DNA from: a virus
DNA: 64,000 bases
Direction: 5' to 3' (one strand)
IMG/VR virus record: IMGVR_UViG_3300045988_088152
Span: 23,432-87,431 of that record
Each line of letters begins with the position of its first letter. The stretch's first letter is position 1. Under the pieces are notes generated by a model. The model had not been told where the DNA came from and searched no databases. It worked only from the letters and a program-made list of their open reading frames with translations. This document shows, one piece after another, positions 29,063 through 37,515 of the stretch. The position numbers and the translations under genes are program-made.

Positions 29063-29599
29063 ATGACAAGAGAAATGATGATTGACGCACTTATGTTGTA
29101 TTGTGACAGATATGAAAAATGTGATAATTGTGAATTAAAAAATTTGTACGATGAAGAAGTAAATCTTTTTACAAATGATCGTGGATGCGCATTTGATGGA
29201 ATGAGCGATGATATGCTCAATAAATGCTATAACTGGTATAAAGAACTAGACCCAGCAGCTTGTGAAAATGCTGAAGGTGAATGTTGTAATGTTGAGCCTG
29301 ATGACCTCAAATTACATATTGAACCAAAGGTGGCACGGCATTATGCAATCTGCCAGAAGCTTAATCAGGTATATAAAGCAAAGAACCATGATTATGGTGA
29401 TTCATTTGGTGACACATACAAAAAACTCGGCATTATCAGTGCTGTGACTCGTCTTAGTGATAAGATGAACCGGCTCATGTCGCTTGCTGTATCGCATGAT
29501 GCACAGGTCAAAGATGAAAAGATTGAGGACACGTTGCTTGATATGACTAATTATGCTATTATGACGTTAATTGAATTGGGATATGAACCAGAGAATTAA
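29063..29599 (+). CDS. DUF1599/MazG-like nucleotide pyrophosphohydrolase family protein
   Basis: YKAKNHDYGDSFGDTYKKLGIISAVTRLSDKMNRL matches the DUF1599 pattern as I recall it. Confidence 0.5.
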   Translation: MTREMMIDALMLYCDRYEKCDNCELKNLYDEEVNLFTNDRGCAFDGMSDDMLNKCYNWYKELDPAACENAEGECCNVEPDDLKLHIEPKVARHYAICQKLNQVYKAKNHDYGDSFGDTYKKLGIISAVTRLSDKMNRLMSLAVSHDAQVKDEKIEDTLLDMTNYAIMTLIELGYEPEN

Positions 29600-29999
29600 G
29601 CGCGGCATTGAATCGGCTTGTAGAGCAAGCAAAGAATCTGAATTTCCCAGATACCATCTCGGCGCAGCTCTGTACTATAAGGGCGTATTGCTTGCTACAG
29701 GATGCAACAGCACCAAAACAAGCCCGTTACAAAAAAGATTAAATAAAGAACGTGGATTTGATCCTAATGGAACCGGGGTTAATAATTCACTACATGCAGA
29801 GATCCATGCACTTAATAAGGTAAAATATTTAGATATTGACTTTAGTAAAGCAGTGCTTTATATATATCGTGAATGCGCAAATGGCAACAAAGCAATGGCC
29901 CGTCCATGCCCTGCTTGTATGAAATATATAAAAGAATTGGGAATTAAGCATATTTGCTATAGTACGGCTGATGGGATTGCCAAAGAAAGGATTGATTAA
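29583..29999 (+). CDS. dCMP/CMP deaminase
   Basis: HAEIHAL and PCPACMKYI zinc-binding motifs. Confidence 0.85.
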   Translation: MNQRIKRGIESACRASKESEFPRYHLGAALYYKGVLLATGCNSTKTSPLQKRLNKERGFDPNGTGVNNSLHAEIHALNKVKYLDIDFSKAVLYIYRECANGNKAMARPCPACMKYIKELGIKHICYSTADGIAKERID

Positions 30000-30182
30000 A
30001 TGAAATATATTAATCAAGATTATATAGAAATCAAGCCAATCGAATGTGCTGGATGTGACTATTACCAAATTGGCACAGATGCGTGGAATATCGTTGTTGG
30101 ACTTGGTGGATTGGTTAATATGGCAAATCAAGCTAATAAAATTATTGAAAATTACATAAATAAACTTGAGACGGAGGATTAA
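30000..30182 (+). CDS. hypothetical protein
   Basis: ORF track. Confidence 0.45.
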   Translation: MKYINQDYIEIKPIECAGCDYYQIGTDAWNIVVGLGGLVNMANQANKIIENYINKLETED

Positions 30183-30183
30183 A

Positions 30184-30411
30184 ATGGAGAAAAATAGGAT
30201 GGCTGAACTGAAACCATGTCCGTTTTGCGGGGGTATGGCTCTAATAAACGACGACCCTTATGCGGTTGAGGATACAGAAGACCGGTATTGGGCATTTAAT
30301 ATTGTATGTAGTAAATGCTGTGCAACATCTGGACTTGCATACTCGATTGAAATGGCTATCGAAGCATGGAATAGGAGAGTTGATAATGATTTGGCATTAT
30401 CCAACGCTTAA
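30184..30411 (+). CDS. lar: Lar-family restriction alleviation protein
   Basis: LKPCPFCGG...NIVCSKCCA...EAIEAWNRR follows the Lar family pattern. Confidence 0.6.
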   Translation: MEKNRMAELKPCPFCGGMALINDDPYAVEDTEDRYWAFNIVCSKCCATSGLAYSIEMAIEAWNRRVDNDLALSNA

Positions 30412-30664
30412 AGATGATGGGTGGTATCCATCTAAAGACCACGTTTGTCCTGTTGGTGGAGCATATCATATCTTACAAATGAAAGAAACTCCCAATAACC
30501 TGTATTCGTATAACGATGATGATTTTATTGTCGCTTATTACAACAATCTACTAGAATGTTGGGAAACAGAGAGTTACATGGATTATATTCAATGGGAAGA
30601 TGTAAAACGCTGGTGTGTTCTCACAGATAGAGAAGGTGATCCGGTAAAAGATATGGAGGGCTGA
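30386..30664 (+). CDS. hypothetical protein
   Basis: ORF track frame; start chosen after AGGAGAG. Confidence 0.5.
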   Translation: MIWHYPTLKDDGWYPSKDHVCPVGGAYHILQMKETPNNLYSYNDDDFIVAYYNNLLECWETESYMDYIQWEDVKRWCVLTDREGDPVKDMEG

Positions 30665-30667
30665 TAA

Positions 30668-30925
30668 ATGCGACTAATTGACGCTGATAAATTAGTGGAT
30701 ATGCTATACGATAATGAGTACACTATACTTTGCCCATTGGACGAGGTGAGTGGCGTTGTTGATGCTTGTCAAACCGTTGATGCTGTACCAGTTGTAAGAT
30801 GTAAAAATTGTACCTATTTTAGAACGAATGATGAAAATGTGCCATATTGTCTTAATCCATTTGGATTAGATGACCCTGAACCAAATGGATTTTGTAGTTA
30901 TGGGAGAAAGAAAAATGTGGATTAA
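30668..30925 (+). CDS. hypothetical protein
   Basis: ORF track. Confidence 0.5.
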   Translation: MRLIDADKLVDMLYDNEYTILCPLDEVSGVVDACQTVDAVPVVRCKNCTYFRTNDENVPYCLNPFGLDDPEPNGFCSYGRKKNVD

Positions 30926-31211
30926 ATTCAAACGTTGGTTGATTAGGAAATTGGGCGGTTATGTCGCGCCATGTATCAAATGTAATGAATATAAAAATAC
31001 TCTTATTGACATAACTCGTCCAGTTGAGACAATTATGGCTATGTATCGAATTGATGACCTGACATGGACTAATCGCGATGATGCTCATGATGTTATTGAA
31101 AACGCAATTAGGTACGATATTGGAAGTCGTATAATGCACGGTGAATATATTAAATTAACCGAGCATGATGGTTGTATATATGGAAGTTTGAAGGTGGTGA
31201 GACAAGTATGA
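30915..31211 (+). CDS. hypothetical protein
   Basis: ORF track frame; internal ATG after GGGAGAAAG. Confidence 0.5.
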   Translation: MWIKFKRWLIRKLGGYVAPCIKCNEYKNTLIDITRPVETIMAMYRIDDLTWTNRDDAHDVIENAIRYDIGSRIMHGEYIKLTEHDGCIYGSLKVVRQV

Positions 31212-31516
31212 AAATTACAATAAATACAAACGAAGTATCAGTATGTGATGGATGCTCGAATTGGCGTATCTGCAAATTTAGTGAAGATGTGAAACGAGCT
31301 GAAACAGAATATAAACAACTAAGAGAAAATGCAAATTGGCCTGAATGTGTAGAAACGACGCTAGGGTGTAAATATAAACAATTTGTGACAAATTGGTGTA
31401 GTACCGAGATTTGTGCTGGTCAAAAATACAAGCTCGATAGAGTAACATATGTGATCTCAGGCAACCCGTCAGCCATTTATAATAATGAAGATTCAGCTTG
31501 GAATGCAATAGAATAA
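31208..31516 (+). CDS. hypothetical protein
   Basis: ORF track frame; ATG after GGTGGTGAG. Confidence 0.5.
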   Translation: MKITINTNEVSVCDGCSNWRICKFSEDVKRAETEYKQLRENANWPECVETTLGCKYKQFVTNWCSTEICAGQKYKLDRVTYVISGNPSAIYNNEDSAWNAIE

Positions 31517-31518
31517 AA

Positions 31519-31580
31519 TGAAATCTGCCCCAAGACCCTATGTATGTGTTATAGGGAAATAAATTGGGGCAGATTTTTTA
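31519..31580. terminator. bidirectional terminator between convergent genes
   Basis: AAATCTGCCCCAA ... TTGGGGCAGATTT forms a 13-bp stem flanked by A-run and T-run. An inner CCCTAT/ATAGGG hairpin is present. Confidence 0.65.
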
Positions 31581-32627
31581 TTGATTGCACTTTTCACTTG
31601 CAACCAAATCCTTGAGCTTGTCGCTCTGCTTATTGTTCATATTGATGTCGACAAATTCGCGCCGCTGTTTGCCCGTGATACAACTAAGCTGGCTGGTCTG
31701 AATAATCTTAGCACAAGCCTCTTTATTGATTTTCTCAAAGCTGGGATAATGCTCATAGACATCTAATAGTCGGTTAGCTATCCATTCCTTTGTAGCTGGC
31801 TTGATGATATAAACCTCTTTAACTTTGACATATTCGCCGCCAAATGCCTCTAGGGTTAATTGAGCAAGTCGCGCCTCAAATGCTTTATATTGCTCTGTGG
31901 ACACATATGGTTTATAGACCCTATTATCTATGACCTTGCCCCAATTTGGCGGCATTATCTCATTGACGGCTTTAGAATATATTGATAGGCAGATTTGATG
32001 GTCTTGGCTATCTTCTGGAACATCGTATGTTTCGAGCCATGTTTCTTTTCCCTCTGGGTTGCTTCTTTGCTTATAGAGCCGATAGCCTCTATTCAAGTCT
32101 ATAACATAACGGTTCTTCATGGTTAGCAATTTGCGCCTAGTCCATTGAGCAAGGATATTATATATAACGCCATTAACCAAACTCATATAGCCATAATGCT
32201 CTGAATTTTCTACGGCTTGGCTATATGTATAGCTGAAATTATCATTAACCTCTTGGAACATTCTGAGTAGATTGCTGGTTGACGCATATATGGTGGCGCA
32301 GTTTGTCTTTAGAAATATTTGATAAAGGGCGGCTTCAAATGCGGCTTGGTATGAATCTTTATCTAGTTCATTGATAAGTGCGTCTGCTTCAGGATAGACC
32401 TCTTGGACAATATAGCGGGTTGGATAAACATTGTCTACTGTATCTAGCTGGCAGTAGTTGCGGATTTTATCTAGCTGAGAAGCACGAGAGCCGCCATCTC
32501 TTGGAGGCATATCAATGGCTTTACATAATTCACGATATTTCAATTCGCGCCCTTCTATTTTGATTAGAGCATTGACCAGCTTGCCATCTTCATTGGATGG
32601 CAGGTATTTTATTTTGTTTGGCATATT
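31578..32627 (-). CDS. hypothetical protein (349 aa from the ATG after the RBS)
   Basis: ORF track 31578..32696. The ATG at 32627 follows AGAAAGGAAA. No family was recognised. Confidence 0.55.
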   Translation of the reverse strand, partial: NMPNKIKYLPSNEDGKLVNALIKIEGRELKYRELCKAIDMPPRDGGSRASQLDKIRNYCQLDTVDNVYPTRYIVQEVYPEADALINELDKDSYQAAFEAALYQIFLKTNCATIYASTSNLLRMFQEVNDNFSYTYSQAVENSEHYGYMSLVNGVIYNILAQWTRRKLLTMKNRYVIDLNRGYRLYKQRSNPEGKETWLETYDVPEDSQDHQICLSIYSKAVNEIMPPNWGKVIDNRVYKPYVSTEQYKAFEARLAQLTLEAFGGEYVKVKEVYIIKPATKEWIANRLLDVYEHYPSFEKINKEACAKIIQTSQLSCITGKQRREFVDINMNNKQSDKLKDLVASEKCNQ

Positions 32628-32654
32628 ATTTCCTTTCTGTAACAATTTTGTAAT

Positions 32655-32744
32655 ACTCGGACTTTCAGGGGTCGTCACTCGGACTTTGCGTGACACTATG
32701 ATAATACTAGCGTATTATATTACATTCACGGAAAATCCGAGTCC
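32655..32744. promoter_or_regulatory. three copies of ACTCGGA(CTTT) half-site (two direct, one inverted)
   Basis: ACTCGGACTTT at 32655 and 32677, 22 bp apart, plus the inverted AAATCCGAGTCC at 32733. All lie in the leader/promoter region of the 31578 gene. Confidence 0.6.
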
Positions 32745-33171
32745 ATTTCGCCCATATAAAATATAGCAATTTTTAACATCATCATATTATCATTATCTAA
32801 TTATACCATATTCTAAGCATTTATTTGTTAATAAATTGTAAATTATTATAACTTAGATTCTGCTATTTAATTTTAGCAGACTTTGAGTTAAGTTGAGCTG
32901 GTTGTGTGATAATTGCTAAAATGTATGTGGCATTACAGGTTATGTGATTTGTTGTGCTAAATGCCAATTTCTTCCATTTCTACCATTCTCATCCATAACC
33001 ATGCCCCGGTACTGGAAAATGCTGTCAGTACAAAAAAACGCCGGTAAATATAGCTTTGTGGGCGTATCGCCTTATTTTACTTGCATATGATACCATACGG
33101 TATCATTTTCGGCATTATCGAATAAAAAATCGAAAATGGCGGATCGGAATTGATAGTTCAAAATTGAATAT

Positions 33172-33460
33172 GTAGCATGCTACGTGTTACACGTATCGCA
33201 TTTTTTGGTAAACACCATTTACCCCACCATAGTAAACCTCATTTACTATCATTTACCTTATTATCCATATTATACTAACCATTATATCATATTACTATAT
33301 CTGATATACCACACAAGATACAATGATATTCAATACAATTATATCGATATCTAAATACTGTTACCATTATGTAACACTTTTGTAACTATTATAATCAGTA
33401 CAATATATAGATACAATCTATCGATAAAAACATACAATAGTCAATATCGATATAATTATA
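33172..33460. repeat. palindromes and short iterons in an AT-rich noncoding region
   Basis: GTAGCATGCTAC (33172) and ACGTGTTACACGT (33182). CATTTAC occurs three times, with inverted GTAAAC (33207-33260). ATACAAT ... ATCGATA units recur across 33317-33460. Confidence 0.7.
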
Positions 33461-33835
33461 TCTATATAACTATTAAGATATTGTACTAATAAGCAATGAA
33501 TGGATAATCATGCAGTATATACATATCATAACTATACAAGAATTAATACAATTCTAGCATATTCTAATTTTCTAGTCGCATATTATAGCTATTTACCTAT
33601 AAAACAATGAATATTGAAACTATATAAAATATGAATAACGGAATACTTTTCTTTGCCGTATGATTTCACGGCTCGACCCAAAAACGGCGCTATGAAGCTT
33701 GTATGACCTCTCAGCGGTATTATAGACTTTTTGCCGTTGTCAAGTTATTATATACTATAATATATATAATATCTGTTTCGTCAATTTGCATAAAATCAGC
33801 CGCATTTTTTGTGTAATATTTTTATAATGGATGGG

Positions 33836-33864
33836 TTGACTTTTTTAGTGTTTTGCTATATTAT
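33836..33864 (+). promoter_or_regulatory. weaker sigma-A type promoter (TTGACT-N17-TATTAT)
   Basis: Upstream of the first ORF of the GC-rich island. Confidence 0.4.
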
Positions 33865-33895
33865 ATAGACAGACGGAAACGAAAGGAGTGATAAA

Positions 33896-33973
33896 ATGAT
33901 AGCGGTACTTGAACGCATTGCCTACGCTCTTGAACGAATCGCAGAGCTTCTGGAAGAGCTTGTCAAGAAGTAA
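33896..33973 (+). CDS. 25-aa helical peptide ORF
   Basis: AAAGGAG RBS. The product is MIAVLERIAYALERIAELLEELVKK. It is below the ORF-track cutoff. Confidence 0.35.
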   Translation: MIAVLERIAYALERIAELLEELVKK

Positions 33974-34100
33974 AGCAATGCAAGGGAAGGCGGTTGAAAT
34001 ACACCGCCGACCCTATACCGCTAAAATAAACAAAAACAATCAATCAATTTTGTACAATATGACGATTGACATTATAAAAAATATCGGTTATACTTAAGGC

Positions 34101-34123
34101 ACAAACAAACAAACAAACAAACA
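34101..34123 (+). repeat. (CAAA)5 tetranucleotide repeat abutting the SD of 34138
   Basis: ACAAACAAACAAACAAACAAACAGGAGG. Confidence 0.9.
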
Positions 34124-34137
34124 GGAGGAATAAAACA

Positions 34138-34350
34138 ATGAGAATTTATGAACTTGAAACCCAATTCGACGCACGCAAGAGCTTTTACGGCAAAGCACAT
34201 GTTATCGACTACGAAAACGGAACTTTGGAACTCCAGAGTTACAACACGATTGTTTCCAATTGTGTCAATGGCAAAGTAGAAGAGCTCGGAAAATGGAGTA
34301 ATACCACAACGCGCCACCAGAAAGAATTCCGTAAACAGTTTGAAAACTAA
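34138..34350 (+). CDS. hypothetical protein
   Basis: ORF track; strong RBS. I have seen the SFYGKA...LQSYNTIV...TTTRH pattern in phage/plasmid small proteins but cannot name the family. Confidence 0.6.
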   Translation: MRIYELETQFDARKSFYGKAHVIDYENGTLELQSYNTIVSNCVNGKVEELGKWSNTTTRHQKEFRKQFEN

Positions 34351-34369
34351 TATTTGAGGAGGAACAAAA

Positions 34370-34708
34370 ATGAAAAAAGAATGTAGAGAATACGCGCAGG
34401 GCGTCGCGGAAGAGATCGAAGCCATTTACAACGGCACGACGGAAGAGGAAAACGACGACGGCGAAAAGAAGAGTCTATATGACTATGTGGCAGACGCGCT
34501 CGATTTTGAAGCCATTTTGACCAGTACAAAAACGGTTAAAGCCGTTCGCTTGTATGTTACACTGGGCGGCCCGACTTGCTACGTTGATACGGAGTTGCAC
34601 GCGGTTGTTTGCGCATGGGGCGGAGACCGGGAAGAATACCCGCTCGACTGGGACGCTTGCGACGAACTCGAAAGTATCATTGCTGAATATATGGAAATGG
34701 AACGTTAA
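34370..34708 (+). CDS. hypothetical strongly acidic protein
   Basis: ORF track; GGAGGA RBS; GC-rich codon usage unlike most of the window. Confidence 0.6.
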   Translation: MKKECREYAQGVAEEIEAIYNGTTEEENDDGEKKSLYDYVADALDFEAILTSTKTVKAVRLYVTLGGPTCYVDTELHAVVCAWGGDREEYPLDWDACDELESIIAEYMEMER

Positions 34709-34792
34709 ACATTTCCGTGCGGTTTTCTATGCCGTTTTCCGTAAAAAAGCGGCACTCCATGAACAAAAAAACATGAAAAGAGGTTTACAATT

Positions 34793-34972
34793 ATGAAAGT
34801 TACTTATTTGTTGACGTGGGTAAACGAAAAAGAAACGGGGCGCGGGGATATGGGCGAACAGTGGCTAGATTGCGACTATGAAACGGCTTGTCAGCTTGCT
34901 AAAATGTTCGCAAATGCAAGCGCCGGAAAAGCGTATGTTCGTATCATTCCCGCAAATGAAATTGCATATTGA
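34793..34972 (+). CDS. hypothetical 59-aa protein
   Basis: My own reading. The ATG at 34793 follows AAAGAGG. It is just under the ORF-track cutoff. Confidence 0.45.
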   Translation: MKVTYLLTWVNEKETGRGDMGEQWLDCDYETACQLAKMFANASAGKAYVRIIPANEIAY

Positions 34973-35112
34973 AAAAGGAGCGTAAAAATGAAAAAGAAAA
35001 ACGCCGCTTAAATCCCGTTTACTGGGCATTTCAATTTTTAGGTTGTATGGTAGCAATTTCCAGCTTGTTCTGGATTCCATATCTTGTCAATATGATTTTA
35101 GGGGGTTGAATT

Positions 35113-35319
35113 ATGCACACTGTAAAATTTTGGGATAGTAAATTATACCGGCTTCAAAAATTAGCAGATTCTATCAACTACCATATTGACAGCGATAAAG
35201 ACTATTTACAAATTTGTAAATTATTGCCAGCGTCAAGAAGCAAACCCGCACCGGTCGAGATTCTACCACTTTTTTACAATGTGGTCGAACGGGTGCAAAG
35301 TGTAAAAAATTGTAAATAA
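35113..35319 (+). CDS. hypothetical protein
   Basis: ORF track. Confidence 0.5.
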   Translation: MHTVKFWDSKLYRLQKLADSINYHIDSDKDYLQICKLLPASRSKPAPVEILPLFYNVVERVQSVKNCK

Positions 35320-35335
35320 TAGGGAGGATTTTACC

Positions 35336-35521
35336 ATGGAAAAAACTAGAAAAATTCGTTGTTATGTCAATGGGGAATATTGCTTTACTACTACAAAATT
35401 TTCTAGTCAAAAAGCATTAAAAAATTATTTAAGAAGCGTAAAGCATGTTGAAATTGCGTCAATTCCTATGAAATATGTTACAATTTACGACTATGACAAA
35501 TTGACTTTTGAATACGTCTAA
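35336..35521 (+). CDS. hypothetical protein
   Basis: ORF track; GGGAGGATTTTACC ATG junction. Confidence 0.5.
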   Translation: MEKTRKIRCYVNGEYCFTTTKFSSQKALKNYLRSVKHVEIASIPMKYVTIYDYDKLTFEYV

Positions 35522-35540
35522 ACAGGGGGAGGATTTTACA

Positions 35541-35861
35541 ATGTTATTTTATGGAAAATATGAGAATGGCAAGCGTTATATCTGCGCGTATGACGAAGAA
35601 AAGCACGGATCCCCGCGCGTCGTGTCGGACAGCTGGACATTTTTATATCACAACTCTGTTATTGTAAACCGCGTATATAAAACAGAACGGGAAGCAATGG
35701 CGGGAACTTGGGGAAAATATAGTAATAAATCTGTTATCATGCCAGACGGAACAGAGACGACGCCCGCGCGTTATTTTGGGACGGAAGATATAAACGACGT
35801 GTTTATTCCATGGTATGACGGGTTATTTCCATTTTTTACAAATCCGGTTAGACGGCTCTAA
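35541..35861 (+). CDS. hypothetical protein
   Basis: ORF track frame; GGGGGAGGATTTTACA ATG junction. Confidence 0.55.
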   Translation: MLFYGKYENGKRYICAYDEEKHGSPRVVSDSWTFLYHNSVIVNRVYKTEREAMAGTWGKYSNKSVIMPDGTETTPARYFGTEDINDVFIPWYDGLFPFFTNPVRRL

Positions 35862-35956
35862 CTACCATATTTTTCCACCATTCTTTGATCAAACGAAGTG
35901 AAAAATCGACGGGTCGAGCGGGCATAGACACGAATGCACCTTACAATTTTTTACAT

Positions 35957-36093
35957 TTTTCCCAGTAATATATAGTATGTATAATGGCTCGGCGGCGAAA
36001 AATCGAGCTGGATTTTCTCATGTGCGCGTGTGCGGATTAGGTTAAGCGAATTTTCCCCAGTAATATATGCCTATATACAATCGCGGCGGCGGC
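35957..36093. repeat. two ~41-nt direct repeats
   Basis: TTTTCCCAGTAATATAT..TAT..ATA....GGCGGCG at 35957-35997 and 36051-36093. Confidence 0.8.
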
Positions 36094-36282
36094 AATGCGG
36101 CTCAGGACAGGCGTGGCGGCTCGAATCAGCTGCGAGTATATCTTGCCTAGGGTAAATGTAAACGTGACTGAGATTGGCACAGACTGCGCGACACGGATAT
36201 GATACAATCTGTGCTTACAGCTTGCGTATCTTATATCATATAGACAAATTGATAACTGACAACCGCACATTATTTTACTACA

Positions 36283-36690
36283 GAAAAATGTGTGAATGTA
36301 CAAAAATCTCCCACAGAAAATGTGATGATGTAAGTGAATATTCATATGAAAAAATGTGAATGATGTTGACTTTGATGCTAATATGTCTATTGATATGTGT
36401 ATGAAAGTAATGTTTCTATTTATAGACACAAATCTGCGTATTGTTTATAAATATATCTATCTACATCATGCGTATTGTTATTTATATCATTTATGTGCAT
36501 GATGATGTAGATGTATCTGCATATGAATATGTAAATGTATATGCAGATGATAATGGATGTGTATATAGATATCTATATATGCACAAGCTGGAAAATGAAG
36601 AATGACTTTCGAGATTGTAGATATGTGCGGAAAATGAAATTCTAAAATCAGGATTGATATTTACAATCGTGGAATGAAAATTGAAATTCG
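36283..36690. repeat. several families of short direct repeats in an AT-rich noncoding block
   Basis: AAAATGTGnnATGnTGT occurs three times (36283-36366). TGCGTATTGTT occurs twice (36435, 36469). GGAA(A)ATGAA(A)ATT occurs three or more times (36590-36690). Confidence 0.75.
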
Positions 36691-36693
36691 TAC

Positions 36694-36722
36694 TTGACAA
36701 ATAGAATCAAATGTGGTATATA
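36694..36722 (+). promoter_or_regulatory. sigma-A type promoter (TTGACA-N17-TGgTATATA)
   Basis: Upstream of 36768. Confidence 0.6.
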
Positions 36723-36767
36723 CATATACAGAGGCGTGAATTGAAAATTGAAAAAGGAGAATCGATA

Positions 36768-37505
36768 ATGAAAAATGAAATTCGATATATGATTGCAGGA
36801 ATTGGATTGGCATTAGTTGGGCTTGCTGCTTGTGGCGGATTTGTCTATACGCAAATTCAAGAATACAATTCAATGATGGAGCAACGAGCCGTAGAGTCTA
36901 AGCCGGTTGTCAAATGGATTAAATGTGAGCCGATTGAGACAACCAAAATTGAATATCAGAAAGATGATGATGTAGTCATTATAGAGACTATAAAAACCGA
37001 TATCGAACCAGAGCCTCAGACTGAAGAACAGGAATCAGAATCTACTATTGCATATGAGCCGCCATTTCATCTTACTGAATATGAAACATGGTTTGTTAAC
37101 TGTGTGGTGGCCGGTGAAGCCGCTGGTGAACCATATGAAGGCAAAGTAGCTGTTGCTCAGTGCTATTTTGATGCTATGCTCAAGGACGGCTTGTCTGCTA
37201 TAGAAGTAAAATCGGCATATGGATATAGCGGTTGGAATGAAAATCTGGATAAGCAAGACCCCAAAGCATATGATGAAGTTAAAAATGCTGTGATGGACGT
37301 GTTCTATGGCGGCAAATTTGTAACCGATAAGCCGATTCTATATTTCTACAATCCTGCATATGGTCGTAGTGATTGGCATGAAGCTCAGGAATATTGGGAA
37401 AGCATCGCTAATCATAAGTTCTTTTATCTTGCTGAAGATGAAAATGCAGAATGGACAAATATCCTCTTGACAAAGGTAAACGAATATGGTATAATTGAAC
37501 CGTAG
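36768..37505 (+). CDS. SleB-type (Hydrolase_2) cell wall hydrolase with N-terminal signal anchor or lipobox
   Basis: FVNCVVAGEAAGEPYEGKVAVAQCYFDAM follows the SleB pattern. The N-terminus is IAGIGLALVGLAACGG. Confidence 0.6.
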   Translation: MKNEIRYMIAGIGLALVGLAACGGFVYTQIQEYNSMMEQRAVESKPVVKWIKCEPIETTKIEYQKDDDVVIIETIKTDIEPEPQTEEQESESTIAYEPPFHLTEYETWFVNCVVAGEAAGEPYEGKVAVAQCYFDAMLKDGLSAIEVKSAYGYSGWNENLDKQDPKAYDEVKNAVMDVFYGGKFVTDKPILYFYNPAYGRSDWHEAQEYWESIANHKFFYLAEDENAEWTNILLTKVNEYGIIEP

Positions 37506-37515
37506 GTGATAATAT

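Noticed and set aside
32655-32690. GAAAGTCCGAG (minus strand), which resembles the RNase P RNA CR-I box GAAAGUCCGGG.
   Set aside because: It occurs as a 22-bp-spaced direct repeat plus an inverted copy. None of the other RNase P conserved regions or helices are nearby. It fits a protein operator better.
33668-35913. 9-bp inverted match (GCTCGACCC / GGGTCGAGC) as terminal inverted repeats of a transposon around the GC-rich island.
   Set aside because: The match is too short to exclude chance in 64 kb. There is no transposase and no target-site duplication. It is mentioned only as a weak note in the island finding.
35957-36690. Possible CRISPR array in the repeat-dense block.
   Set aside because: The repeats belong to several different short families with irregular spacing and no uniform repeat-spacer periodicity. 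No cas genes are present.
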